Source: Alkalispirochaeta sp.
GTDB taxonomy: Bacteria > Spirochaetota > Spirochaetia > DSM-27196 > Alkalispirochaetaceae
Reading direction: 5' to 3'
NCBI GenBank assembly: GCA_046540055.1
Contig: JBKHFT010000001.1
Coordinates: 12,276 to 76,275, forward strand
DNA: 64,000 nt
Position 1 is the first letter of the stretch. Every line of letters begins with the position of its first letter. The translations under genes and the position numbers were made by a program. Positions 46,794 through 56,834 of this stretch are shown here, piece after piece. The notes below the pieces were generated by a model, which saw only the letters and a list, made by a program, of their open reading frames with translations, was not told where the DNA came from and did no database searches.

Positions 46794-47940
46794 CTGCGTT
46801 CTCCTTGATATAGCTGGTGATTTCTTCCCAGGTGGCCATGTCCTCGGCGCACCGGGTCTTCGAGATATTGATCGAGGCGTTGGCGGCGCCGGCGGTCAGT
46901 GCGTCCTCCAGGGACGCCCCACGGAGGAGGCGCGAAAGAAACGCTCCTGCAAAGGCATCTCCGGCGCCGTATACTTTCGCCGGGACCACCGGAAACACCG
47001 GGCCGTGTACGCGGTCCCCCGTTGCGGTGTAGGCGGTGGAACCGTCTTTCCCGCGTTTCACAACGACGACGGCGGTTCCTCCGGCGAGGAGGCGCTGCGC
47101 CGTGGCGGCGTCCCGTTCGACCCCGGACGTTCCGGAGTTACCGTAGACCGCCTCGAGGGCGTCGAACTCTTCCCGGGTACCGATCACGACGTCGCAGGAC
47201 TCGGCGGCAAGCATCAGTGCCACCGACGCGGTCTCGGGACTCCGCCACGAGTACGGACGGTAGTCGATATCGAGAGCGACGAGGGTGCCCGCTTTGCGGG
47301 CGATCCCCATCGCGAGCATCGCCGCGTCCCGCGAGGGAGACACCGAGAGGGCGGTACCCGAGACGAGGAGCATCGCCGATGATGCGAGGTACCCTTCGTC
47401 GATCTCCGCCGGATTGATCAGCAGGTCCGCGGCGTTGTTCCGGTAGAGAACGGTGTTGGACCCTCCGCTGCGCGTCTCGGCGAAGGCAACACTGGTACTC
47501 GCCCCGGTGGAGTCGAAGACGATCTGCGAGGTGTCGACGCCGAGCTCCCGGAGGGAGCGAACGACAAAGTGGCCGACGGGATCGTCGGCGGCGCGGGTGA
47601 TCATACCGACCCGCATCCCGAGGCGCGCCATCGCCACCGCGATATTTGCCGGAGAGCCACCGATCGATTTGGTGAACCCCGGGGTCTCCTCGATCGAGAG
47701 CCCCGGGTCGGTGTAGAGGTCCATGTTCGCCCGTCCGAAGGTCACGCAGTCGAGGGCGCGCCCCGGAGGAACCGGGAGCGGCGACGGGACCGGGCGCGAC
47801 CCCGGAGCGGATGGAGCCGGGGCGGCAGGAACGGTGCCGGCGACCGGGCGCGACGGGGAGGTATTCTCCGTACCCGGGTCGGCGGTACCGGGGAGCCCGG
47901 CTGTTTCCAACGGTTCATCCCTCCTCTTTGGTTGCGTCAT
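46768..47940 (-). CDS. iolC: 5-dehydro-2-deoxygluconokinase (PfkB family)
   Basis: GRANMDLY, GGSPANIA, YRNNAAD, DIDYRPYSW, GAGDAF; Pro/Ala-rich N-extension, start uncertain. Confidence 0.88.
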   Translation of the reverse strand: MTQPKRRDEPLETAGLPGTADPGTENTSPSRPVAGTVPAAPAPSAPGSRPVPSPLPVPPGRALDCVTFGRANMDLYTDPGLSIEETPGFTKSIGGSPANIAVAMARLGMRVGMITRAADDPVGHFVVRSLRELGVDTSQIVFDSTGASTSVAFAETRSGGSNTVLYRNNAADLLINPAEIDEGYLASSAMLLVSGTALSVSPSRDAAMLAMGIARKAGTLVALDIDYRPYSWRSPETASVALMLAAESCDVVIGTREEFDALEAVYGNSGTSGVERDAATAQRLLAGGTAVVVVKRGKDGSTAYTATGDRVHGPVFPVVPAKVYGAGDAFAGAFLSRLLRGASLEDALTAGAANASINISKTRCAEDMATWEEITSYIKENADALSRTTP

Positions 47941-47941
47941 C

Positions 47942-49807
47942 TCAGTAGAGCCGTACCGTTTTGAGCATCTCCTGCTGTTCCTTGTACGCCTGGACCACCT
48001 CTTTCTTGGCGGACACTTCGGGGATCCCGACGCGCCACCACGCCTCGTACCCGTCGGTCATCGATTTCTTCACCGTCTTCACGTCGATGAGGACCGACCG
48101 GGTGCTCTTTCGGGCGGCCTCAAGAGCGGTCTGGAACTGTGCAGCGGTGATCACCGAGAAGGAGTCGCAGCCGTACCCTTTCGCCACCGTGGCGTAGTCG
48201 ATCAGGATGTCGTCGCCGCTCAGGGTGTTGGAACCGGCGTCGCGGTAACGGAACTCGCACCCGAAGTGGGGGATTCCCTTGGAGCCCTGAAGGTTGTCGA
48301 TACAGTGAAATCCCTTGTTGTCGATGAGAACGATCGTGATCTTCCGCCCCTCCTGGAGGGAGCTGATCAGTTCGGAATGGAGCATCAGGAATCCTCCGTC
48401 CCCGACGAGGGCGTACACTTCGCGGTCGTCGCCGACGGCGAGTTTTGCGCCGAATGCACCGGGCACCTCATAGCCCATGCAGGAGAAGCCGTACTCGAGG
48501 TGGTAGTTCTCCGGGTTCACCGGGCGCCACAGCCGCTCGAGGTCGCTGGGGAGGCTGCCCGATGCGGAGACGATCACGTCGTCGTCCTTCATGAACGCCC
48601 CGAGGATCCCGATCACCCTGGTCTGGGAGAGACCGTCGGAGTCGTCGAGGTTGAACAGTCGCTCTACCTCGGCGTCCCACTCTTTCCTGATCGCGGTGAC
48701 GTCTCCGCCGAAGGAGGCGATGTACCCTTTCGACCGGAGGACCGGTGCCACCTGTTCGAGGGCGGTCCGGGCATCGGCAAGGAAGGGACGGGCGTTCATC
48801 TTGTACGCATCGAAAGCGTTTACGTTGATCGTGACGATATCGAGATCGGGATTCCGGAACGCCGATTTGCTGGCGGTATGGAAGTCGTTGAGGCGAGTTC
48901 CCACCGCAAGGATCAGGTCCGCATCTCGGGCGATCCGGTTCGCTGCGAGGGTTCCGGTAACCCCGAGGCCACCGAGGTTCTGCGGATTATCCCACGGGAC
49001 CGCCCCCTTTCCCGCCTGGGTCTCACCGATGGGGATTTTGAACTCTTCGGCGAAGGAAGCGAGGGTCACGCCGGCCTCGGAGTACCGGACGCCGCCGCCA
49101 CAGATGATCATTGGGCGCTTCTTGCCGGCGATCATCCCGGCGATCATCTCCGCCTCGCCTGCAGCAAGGGGACGCCGGGAGAAGCGGTGCACCCGCTTTT
49201 CGAAGAACTCGACGGGGTAGTCGAACGCCTCGCCCTGCACGTCCTGCGGGAGCGCGAGGACAACCGCTCCCGTCTCGGCCGGGTCGGTCAGGACACGCAT
49301 CGCGTTGATCGCAGCGGTCATCAACTGCTCCGGCCGGGAGACACGGTCCCAGTATTTACTGACAGCCTTGAATGCGTCGTTGGCGGTAACGTTGTAGTCG
49401 TAGCTCTGTTCGATCTGTTGCAGCACCGGGTCGGGCTGGCGGCACGCGAAGGCGTCGCCGGGGAGGAGCAGGAGGGGAATCCGGTTCGACGTCGCCGTTC
49501 CCGCGGCAGTGACCATGTTCAGCGCTCCGGGGCCGATCGAACTGGTCACTGCGAGGATCTTCTGCCGATTGTTCTGCTTGGCGTACGCCATCGCGGCGTG
49601 AGCCATCCCCTGCTCGTTCCGACCCTGATAAAAGGTCAGGTTGTGGTTCGGCTCCTGGATCGCCTCGCCCAACCCGACAACCACACCGTGACCAAAGATA
49701 CCGAAGATACCTTCCACAAACTTGATCTCCCGGTCGTCCACCTGGAGGTACTGGTTGTCGAGAAACTTCACCAGCGCCTGTCCTACCGTCAATCGAATCG
49801 TCTTCAT
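47942..49807 (-). CDS. iolD: THcHDO acylhydrolase, copy 1
   Basis: IFGHG, RQPDPVLQQ, HLEYGFSCMGYE, WWRVG. Confidence 0.93.
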   Translation of the reverse strand: MKTIRLTVGQALVKFLDNQYLQVDDREIKFVEGIFGIFGHGVVVGLGEAIQEPNHNLTFYQGRNEQGMAHAAMAYAKQNNRQKILAVTSSIGPGALNMVTAAGTATSNRIPLLLLPGDAFACRQPDPVLQQIEQSYDYNVTANDAFKAVSKYWDRVSRPEQLMTAAINAMRVLTDPAETGAVVLALPQDVQGEAFDYPVEFFEKRVHRFSRRPLAAGEAEMIAGMIAGKKRPMIICGGGVRYSEAGVTLASFAEEFKIPIGETQAGKGAVPWDNPQNLGGLGVTGTLAANRIARDADLILAVGTRLNDFHTASKSAFRNPDLDIVTINVNAFDAYKMNARPFLADARTALEQVAPVLRSKGYIASFGGDVTAIRKEWDAEVERLFNLDDSDGLSQTRVIGILGAFMKDDDVIVSASGSLPSDLERLWRPVNPENYHLEYGFSCMGYEVPGAFGAKLAVGDDREVYALVGDGGFLMLHSELISSLQEGRKITIVLIDNKGFHCIDNLQGSKGIPHFGCEFRYRDAGSNTLSGDDILIDYATVAKGYGCDSFSVITAAQFQTALEAARKSTRSVLIDVKTVKKSMTDGYEAWWRVGIPEVSAKKEVVQAYKEQQEMLKTVRLY

Positions 49808-49873
49808 CGTTCGCCTCCTCCCCGTTGTCTGCTACGTTCGTGGTCCGACCGGAACCGACCGAACCTGTATCGA

Positions 49874-50770
49874 TCAGATACCGATCGATCTCATGAACTC
49901 CCGGTTTCGTCGGGCGTTCTCTTTCGGTGTTCCCGTACCGGGAAGCACGTCCTGCTCGTTCACGATCCAGCCGTCATACCCGATCTCCCGGAGGACCGAC
50001 AGGATCGCCGGGAAATCGATGTCGCTCCCGGCGAGCTCACAGAACACGCCCTCCCCCACGGCGGCAACACCGTCGATCTTTTCCGCCCGGCACTTCGCCG
50101 CGGCGGCTTCGCTGTACCCCTTGAAGTGGACGTGGCGCACACGATCGCCGTACCTTCGCAGCGCCTCTACGGGGTCGCCGCCGCCATACGCGATGTGGGC
50201 GGTGTCGAAGGCGATGCCCACGAGGTCCGGGTCGGTACCGTCCACAAACTGCCGGATCTCCTCAGGTGTCTCGACAAACGTCGCGATATGGGGGTGGAAC
50301 ACCGTCCGGAGCCCCGTTTCATCGCGGATCGCCCGGGCGACTGCGTTGGCGCCGTCGGTGAACTTCCGGAACTGCGCCGGCGTCAGTCCCATATCGGGAG
50401 TGATCCGGCCGGCGTTGTTGGTCCGGATAATGTCGGTGTGCGGATCGTTGCCGAGGACGATCACCGCCTCCTCACCGCCTACCGCCCGGAGAAGCCGCGC
50501 CGTGCGGACCGCTTCCGAAATACTCTGTTCGAGACGGGATGGATCGTGGAGGTACACCGAGACCCACGACCCGACCAGCGCGAGGCCCCGCTTCTCAAGC
50601 GCCGCCGCAAGGGCGCCGGGATCGGTCGGCATGAACCCCCAGTCCCCCAGTTCGGTACCGGCGTAACCGGTCTCGGCGATCTCGTCGAGGACGTTCTCCC
50701 AGGTGAGCCGGCTTCCTTCCACGTTTTCAATGACACCCCAGGAACAGGGGGCGTTTGCTACTCGTATCAC
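49874..50770 (-). CDS. iolE: Inosose dehydratase-like TIM-barrel protein
   Basis: [31 protein letters not shown]. Confidence 0.8.
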   Translation of the reverse strand: MIRVANAPCSWGVIENVEGSRLTWENVLDEIAETGYAGTELGDWGFMPTDPGALAAALEKRGLALVGSWVSVYLHDPSRLEQSISEAVRTARLLRAVGGEEAVIVLGNDPHTDIIRTNNAGRITPDMGLTPAQFRKFTDGANAVARAIRDETGLRTVFHPHIATFVETPEEIRQFVDGTDPDLVGIAFDTAHIAYGGGDPVEALRRYGDRVRHVHFKGYSEAAAAKCRAEKIDGVAAVGEGVFCELAGSDIDFPAILSVLREIGYDGWIVNEQDVLPGTGTPKENARRNREFMRSIGI

Positions 50771-50794
50771 TCGATGCTCCTTTGTACGACGCGA

Positions 50795-50890
50795 CCGTCG
50801 GCCCGTCCCGTCGGCCCGTCGGTTTTCCTGTCAGCCCGTCGGCCCGTCGGTTTTCCTGTCAGCCCGTCGGCCCGTCGGCCTGTCGGTTTT
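50795..50890. repeat. Nested tandem repeat (8-bp CCCGTCGG within a 28-bp unit)
   Basis: CCCGTCGGCCCGTCGGTTTTCCTGTCAG at 50807 and 50835, partial third copy at 50863. Confidence 0.85.
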
Positions 50891-50920
50891 CGCCGGTATT
50901 CTACCGCGAAACCGCGGCTT

Positions 50921-50946
50921 TTGCAATCGTTTGCAACAGGTTGCAA
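50921..50946. promoter_or_regulatory. LacI-type operator(s) TGCAATCGTTTGCA
   Basis: Palindrome with central CG at 50922-50935 plus overlapping TTGCAACAGGTTGCAA. Confidence 0.7.
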
Positions 50947-51133
50947 CAGAATTCTCTATACGGCGTGCAGATTCGACGTGAGCAGCCGTCATCCGACGCC
51001 CCTGCCAGGGCGGTCTGGAGGCCTGTTCGCGAGCAATCCCTCGCTAATCGGGGATTTTTACCCGATTTCACAGTTCGAACCTTCATATCTGCCGATGTCA
51101 CTCGTCGAGGTCAACTCCGACGCCCGATCTGTA

Positions 51134-51147
51134 TGCAATCGTTTGCA
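51134..51147. promoter_or_regulatory. LacI-type operator, identical second copy
   Basis: TGCAATCGTTTGCA, 212 bp from the first copy. Confidence 0.7.
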
Positions 51148-51255
51148 CCACACCACGAGGAGCACGCAACTCTTGACACCGCGGGAAAGCTCCCCTTCAA
51201 TGAAACGATCTGTACACCGGAACGAGCAGGTCCGGTACGACGGGAGGAACCTGCG

Positions 51256-52284
51256 ATGAAGATCCTCGAGGAAGCCCTCGGACGCCCCTTTACCGACCCC
51301 GACCCCGACCACGCCCGGATGTTCTTCGCCGGAAAGACGCGACGGAAGATACCCAAACTGATCGATCTGAAGAGCGCCGTCGCCCGGCACGTCCACGACG
51401 GGGACTACCTCGTCATCGGCGGCTTCGGTGCGGTCCGAGCACCGATGGCGGCGGTCCACGAGATCGTGCGGCAGGGACGGAAGCACCTGGGATTCGCGGG
51501 ACACACCTCCACCCACGATATCCAGGTCCTCACCGTCGGTGAGTGCTACGACCGCGTCGATGCCGCTTACGTGGTGGGCCTCGAGGCGCGAGGACTCTCG
51601 AAAGCGGCGCGGCGGCGGTTCGAGAGCGGCGAGGTCGAGGTGGTAGAGGATTCCAACCACGGCCTGGCGTTACGCTTTCGTGCGGCGGCGATGGGGGTCC
51701 CCTTCATCCCGATGCGCAACACCGCCGGCACCGATACCTTTCGCTACGGCAACGGGAAGATCGTCGAGGATCCCTACACGGGGAAACCGGTGGTGATCAA
51801 GCCCGCGCTGTACGGGGACGTCGCGTTTATCCACGTCCACGAGGCGGATATTTACGGAAATGCGCGGTTCCGGGGGATCGAAGTCTCCGACCGGGACGTC
51901 GCAAACAGCGCGAAGCGGGTGATCATCACCACCGAGCGCCTCGTACCCCACGAGGAGATCACCCGGGCTCCCGAGCTCGTAAAGATTCCCTATTACCTCG
52001 TCGACGCGGTGTGTGAAGTACCTCACGGCGCCTACCCGGGGCTGATGCCCTACGAATATTTCTCCGACGAGGCGCATCTGAAGGAGTGGCTCCGCGTCGA
52101 GAACAACCCCGACGAGTACCGCTCCTTCGTCGAAGAGTACGTGTACGGGTGCGCCGATCACGATGAGTACGTCGCGAAGTGCGGCGGCCTTCAGCGGATC
52201 ATGGAACTCCGTCGCGTCGAGCTGAACATCGACGAGGAGTTGCGCGGAGAAGCAACGGGACACCCCGAAGGAAGTCGCATATGA
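51256..52284 (+). CDS. Family I CoA-transferase subunit A (glutaconate CoA-transferase-like)
   Basis: GGFG..RAPMAAVHEIVRQ, AAAMGVPFIP, HVHEADIYGN, VDAVCE.P.GA.P. Confidence 0.85.
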   Translation: MKILEEALGRPFTDPDPDHARMFFAGKTRRKIPKLIDLKSAVARHVHDGDYLVIGGFGAVRAPMAAVHEIVRQGRKHLGFAGHTSTHDIQVLTVGECYDRVDAAYVVGLEARGLSKAARRRFESGEVEVVEDSNHGLALRFRAAAMGVPFIPMRNTAGTDTFRYGNGKIVEDPYTGKPVVIKPALYGDVAFIHVHEADIYGNARFRGIEVSDRDVANSAKRVIITTERLVPHEEITRAPELVKIPYYLVDAVCEVPHGAYPGLMPYEYFSDEAHLKEWLRVENNPDEYRSFVEEYVYGCADHDEYVAKCGGLQRIMELRRVELNIDEELRGEATGHPEGSRI

Positions 52285-53054
52285 GCCGGTACAACGAGAT
52301 GGAACTGATGATCGTCACCGGAGCGCGGCAGCTCGAGAACGACAGCAGCGTCGGCGTCGGCACCGGGGCGCCCTGCGCCGCGGCGATGCTCGCCCAGCGG
52401 ACCCATGCCCCGGATATCCTGATCCTCTTCGAGGCGGGGGGCGTCGGGCCGGAGCTGCGGCGAATGCCGATCTCCGTCGGGGACAGCCGCACCTTCTTCC
52501 ACGGCGTTACCGCCGGGTCGATGGGGGATATCATGGAAGCGTGTGCCCGGGGGATGGTGGACTACACCTTCCTCGGGGGCGCCCAGATCGATATGTACGG
52601 CAACCTGAACTCCACAATGGTCGGCGACGACCACGATCACCCGAAGGTGCGCTTTCCCGGCAGCGGCGGGGCCAATGACTACGCGTCGTACTGCCGCCAC
52701 ACCCTGGTGATGACCGTCCACGACCGACGTCGCTTCGTCGAGAAACTGGATTACGTGACGACCCCCGGATGGCTCACCGGCGGCGACGCCCGGGAGCGAT
52801 CGGCCCTCCCGGCGGGGACGGGACCGCACCGGATCATCACCAACATGGCGGTCCTCGGATTTGAAGAGAAATCGAAGCGGATGCAGGTCCTCTCTCTCAA
52901 TCCCGGGCACACCCGGGAAGAGGTCCAGGAGCACACCGGGTTTGAACTCCTCTGGGCGGAGGACCTCACCGAGACGCCCCCGCCGACGGACAAAGAATTG
53001 CGGATCCTCCGGGAGGAGATCGACCCCGACCGGTACTTCATCGGCCGCGCCTGA
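52281..53054 (+). CDS. Family I CoA-transferase subunit B
   Basis: VGTGAP, FEAG, GGAQIDMYGNLNST, PGSGGAND; ATGA overlap. Confidence 0.88.
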   Translation: MSRYNEMELMIVTGARQLENDSSVGVGTGAPCAAAMLAQRTHAPDILILFEAGGVGPELRRMPISVGDSRTFFHGVTAGSMGDIMEACARGMVDYTFLGGAQIDMYGNLNSTMVGDDHDHPKVRFPGSGGANDYASYCRHTLVMTVHDRRRFVEKLDYVTTPGWLTGGDARERSALPAGTGPHRIITNMAVLGFEEKSKRMQVLSLNPGHTREEVQEHTGFELLWAEDLTETPPPTDKELRILREEIDPDRYFIGRA

Positions 53055-53227
53055 AACGACAACGGGCGACCGTTTCGGGCGCCCGCCATCGCTATCCGAG
53101 GCTCTCTCCGTCGCGTCCGAGGGCGGCGTGAGGGCCGCGGCAGGGCGGACCGTGTATCGGCGGGGGCAGTCCGACGGAACTTTCGGGCGCTTTACAGGCA
53201 CCGTCGTGATCGGGCATTATCGCCGCC

Positions 53228-54559
53228 GTGCAATACCTTTCAACCGCAATCGACACGTTCTTCTCCTTTCCCGCCTACGTCATGCTCCCGCTGATCATCT
53301 TCGTTATGGCCCTCGCGGTACGCATGCGCCTGGGGGACGCATTTTTCATCGGTCTTCGTCTCGGCGTCGGCTTCGCCGGGGTGTTCATCGCCTTTGATTT
53401 CTTTGTCTCCAACATCTCCCCCGCGGTGGAAGCCCTCAGCGCCGTCCGGGGACTCGATTTCCCGGTCCTCGACGTCGGCTGGCCGCCCCTGGCGGCGATC
53501 ACCTTCGGGACGCTGATCGGCCCGCTGGCGATCCCCTTTATCGTGGTCCTCAATATCGCGATGCTCGCCCTGGGGTGGACGCGAACGGTATACATTGACC
53601 TCTGGAACATCTGGCACTTCGCACTGGTGGGAGCACTCATCCAGATCGTAACCGGTTCGCTGTGGCTCGGTATCGCCGTCACGGTGGTGATCGCGGTGTA
53701 CGGGTTTCTCAACGCCGATCTCTCGGCGACGTACGTCAAACGTGAAGTCCGCCTTCCGAGCGTGGCGATCTCCCCCTTATCCGCGATCGGGGTGATCCCC
53801 TTCGGGGCAATGATGGACCGGATCTACGACAGGATTCCCGGTATCCGGAAGCTCGAATTCAATCCGGAGAAGCAAGGCACCTCGGTAGGACTGATCGGCG
53901 AACCGATGGTACTCGGTTTACTGGTGGGGTTGGTTCTCGCGATCGCCGCAGGGTACTCCCTCCGGGACACCCTCGAGCTCGGGGTGCACATCGCGGCGGT
54001 GATGTTTCTCCTTCCCCGCGCTGCGGGGCTGATCGGCGAGGGATTTGCGCCCCTGGGAGAGCACCTGAAGGAGGTTCTCGCACGCCGCTTCGGCGCCGAC
54101 CACGAGCTTCACTTCGCGATGGATGTGGGGGTCATCATGAGCCACAAGTCGGTGATGGCGGGAGGACTGATAATGATCCCGATCACCCTGATCCTCGCGT
54201 TTCTCGTTCCCGGCAACCGGATCCTGCCGATCGGCGATCTGCCGGGGCTGATCGCGGCGATGAGTGTGCTCGTTCTGCTTCACCGGGGAAACGTGGTGCG
54301 GGCGGTGCTGACGGGGATCCCCCTTGTCGCGGCGTACCTCGCCTTTTCGAGTGCCCTCGCACCGTTGTACACCCGCCTGTCGGCAAACGCCGGGGTGACC
54401 TTCGAGACAACCCGGGAGATCAGCGCCTTTATCGACGGGGGCAACCCGGTGAGGTTCTGGCTTTTCTATCTGTTTCAGGGAAATATCTGGGCGATCGTCG
54501 CGATCCCGGCGGTACTCGGGATGCTCTGGATCGCCCGCCGCCATGCGGCAGCGGGGTAG
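53228..54559 (+). CDS. PTS galactitol-family EIIC permease (GatC-like), no EIIA/EIIB in window
   Basis: DVGWP, IDLWNIWH, GEP..G, PGNRILPIGDL. Confidence 0.85.
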   Translation: MQYLSTAIDTFFSFPAYVMLPLIIFVMALAVRMRLGDAFFIGLRLGVGFAGVFIAFDFFVSNISPAVEALSAVRGLDFPVLDVGWPPLAAITFGTLIGPLAIPFIVVLNIAMLALGWTRTVYIDLWNIWHFALVGALIQIVTGSLWLGIAVTVVIAVYGFLNADLSATYVKREVRLPSVAISPLSAIGVIPFGAMMDRIYDRIPGIRKLEFNPEKQGTSVGLIGEPMVLGLLVGLVLAIAAGYSLRDTLELGVHIAAVMFLLPRAAGLIGEGFAPLGEHLKEVLARRFGADHELHFAMDVGVIMSHKSVMAGGLIMIPITLILAFLVPGNRILPIGDLPGLIAAMSVLVLLHRGNVVRAVLTGIPLVAAYLAFSSALAPLYTRLSANAGVTFETTREISAFIDGGNPVRFWLFYLFQGNIWAIVAIPAVLGMLWIARRHAAAG

Positions 54560-54715
54560 ACACTCCGAGAGAGGGATCGCTACCGGGCGAGGCGCAGTCC
54601 GCCGCACCCGGTCAACGACAAACCGGAAAAGGATTCCGGACGGGGGGATCCGAGCGACGGGAGCTCGCCGCCGTCCGTAAGGATCGGCACGGCCCGCCGC
54701 GTCGGAACCCGACCG

Positions 54716-55702
54716 TCACACCGCCACGGCGGCGCCGCTCTTGAGGGATTCGAACGCCGCGTTCGCGAGTTCGAGGGACCGCAGACCGTCGGCGCCGCCG
54801 GGGGCGACGGTACCGCCCGTCGAGAGCGCCTCAATCAGCGTCGTCAGTTCGTTCTGGTACGCCTGGGCGTAGCGTTCGAGGAAGAAATAGAGCGGTTTCG
54901 CAACCTCCGTCCCCGTTTCGCTGGAGAACGCAACGGTATTCTCCAGCACGTTCCCCGCTGCGAGCATGCCTTTACTCCCATGCACCTCGATGCGCTGATC
55001 GTAGCCATAGCTCGCCCGGCGACTGTTGGTGATCACCGCCATGCGGCCGCTGGGACAGGTGAGGGTCACGATCGCGGTATCGACGTCGCCCACCTTACCG
55101 ATCTCGGGATCGGTGAGGGTCGCGGCGCTCGCGTAGATACGGGACGGCTCCTCCCCCAGAAGCCACCGCGCCATATCGAAGTCGTGGATCGTCATGTCCC
55201 GGAAGAGGCCTCCGGAGCCCTTGATGTACTCAACCGGCGGTGCCCCGGGATCCCGGGATGCGATCGTCACGAGCTCCACCTCCCCCGCTTCGCCTGCATC
55301 GAGGCGCTTCTTGAGGGACATGAAATTCGGGTCAAACCGTCGGTTGAACCCGACCATCAGTTTCGCTCCCGTCTCGTCCACCACGTTCAGGACGCTTTCA
55401 ACCCGCTTGATATCCAGATCGATCGGCTTCTCACAGAAGATCGCCTTCCCGGCCCGTGCCGAGCGCTCGATCAGGTCTGCGTGGGTCTCCGTGCTGGAGC
55501 AGATCATCACCAGATCGATCGCGGGGTCGTCCATGATCCGGTCCACCGACGCTACCTCGGCGCCGTAATACTTCGCGAGTTCCTCCGCCGCCGGAGCGTA
55601 GACGTCGGAGACGTACTTCAACTGCGCTTTCGGATTCGCCCCGATCGCGATCGCGTGTACTTTCCCGATTCGTCCCGCACCAATAAGTCCTACCTGTACC
55701 AT
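54716..55702 (-). CDS. iolG: Inositol 2-dehydrogenase (IdhA type)
   Basis: GAGRIG, CEKP, GFNRRFDP, SRDP, DMTIHDFD, YGYDQRIEVHG, FFLERY. Confidence 0.9.
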   Translation of the reverse strand: MVQVGLIGAGRIGKVHAIAIGANPKAQLKYVSDVYAPAAEELAKYYGAEVASVDRIMDDPAIDLVMICSSTETHADLIERSARAGKAIFCEKPIDLDIKRVESVLNVVDETGAKLMVGFNRRFDPNFMSLKKRLDAGEAGEVELVTIASRDPGAPPVEYIKGSGGLFRDMTIHDFDMARWLLGEEPSRIYASAATLTDPEIGKVGDVDTAIVTLTCPSGRMAVITNSRRASYGYDQRIEVHGSKGMLAAGNVLENTVAFSSETGTEVAKPLYFFLERYAQAYQNELTTLIEALSTGGTVAPGGADGLRSLELANAAFESLKSGAAVAV

Positions 55703-55752
55703 TCGACTCTCCTGTCTGTTGTTTCGATTGATCCGGGGTGTCCCGGTTCTTC

Positions 55753-55823
55753 TATTGTACGATAATCCGATAAAAAGGGTTAGTGCGATTTTCGGCGATT
55801 TTACAACAGCATTGTGGATACTG
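55753..55823 (-). promoter_or_regulatory. iolG promoter: -10 TACAAT overlapped by a GntR-like site TATTGTACGATAAT, plus copy 2 of the 26-bp element (55798-55823)
   Basis: Direct sequence similarity to 36106-36119 and 33111-33136. Confidence 0.6.
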
Positions 55824-55916
55824 CCGGGGCCTCGGGACGGCGCTGTGGTCGGACCGATGCCCACCCTGGCCCCTCTCGCCCCGGAAAGTATATTTGTCTC
55901 ATCGGAGTACCCCTGT

Positions 55917-56720
55917 ATGGACACTATACACGATGACTTTTATCACAATCCTGCGGGATGCGGCAGTTTCGCCGCCGCTCTTGCATCAGGATGCGCACAG
56001 CCCGTACCGGTGTCGACTGGATCATCATCGGCACCGATGTCGAAAACTCCACCGCAGCGATCACCGCCGGGCGGTACAAGGATGTCACCGTCGCCGGGGC
56101 GATCGGAACGATCTCGATCGCCAACATCACCGGTTCCCTCGATTTTCCCTTTTTCTTCGGTGGCGACGGGATGGTCTTTCTCCTCCCGGGACGTTACCGC
56201 TCCGATGTCCTCGATGTGCCGGCGGATGTACGCCAAACGGTTCGGGAAATATCTGAACTCTCTCTCAGGGCGGGGATCGTGTCGGTGGGGGAGCTTCGCC
56301 GCAGGGGACACGACCTGCGGATCGGTCGCGTCAAGATCACCGAGCGCTACTCCCAGGCGATCGCCGACGAGAGAGCCCTCGCCGCTTTCGACATCCTACT
56401 CACGGACGACACGGACGCTACGGTTATCCGCCCCGCCGACGCTTCCTGTCCCGGGGGGCGTCGCGCCGACTTCCGTGGATTCTCCTGCCTCCGGAATGAT
56501 ATCAAAAGCGGCCGGGGCGAGACGGTCTCCCTGATCGTACTGCCTCGGAGCGGGAGACCCGGCTCAGGCGGAAGAGGCGACGGGAGCGGCGATCTGAACG
56601 AAATCGGCAGCTCGAACCGGAGTGGAAGCGTCACCGAGAGTATCGACATAGCCCTCACCCGGAGTGTTCTCCTCCAGGCGCGACAGATCATCGATCGCAT
56701 CGTCGGCGACGAGACGACGG
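55917..56720 (+). pseudogene. DUF3095-like gene, frameshifted near 56010 and C-terminally truncated
   Basis: MDTIHDDFY..PVPV in one frame continues as DWIIIGTDVENSTAAITAGRYKDV..FGGDG..LRAG..DFRGFSC in another; similarity then decays. Confidence 0.6.
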
Positions 56721-56834
56721 CTACACCCTCGCGGCCCGGATGCTCAAAGAACAGATCGCGGAGGACACAACGTTGTCGGAGCGGTGAGTGGAGGCCGACA
56801 GAGCGCGTCAGCTTCAGGAGGTCCCGCTACCGAG

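Noticed and set aside
50795-50890. CRISPR array
   Set aside because: Repeats are contiguous with no unique spacers, and there are no cas genes.
47723-51259. 1178-aa plus-strand ORF (also 32887-35196, 30835-32346, 45321-46808 and similar)
   Set aside because: Antisense shadows of well-supported minus-strand genes in high-GC DNA; no recognisable motifs.
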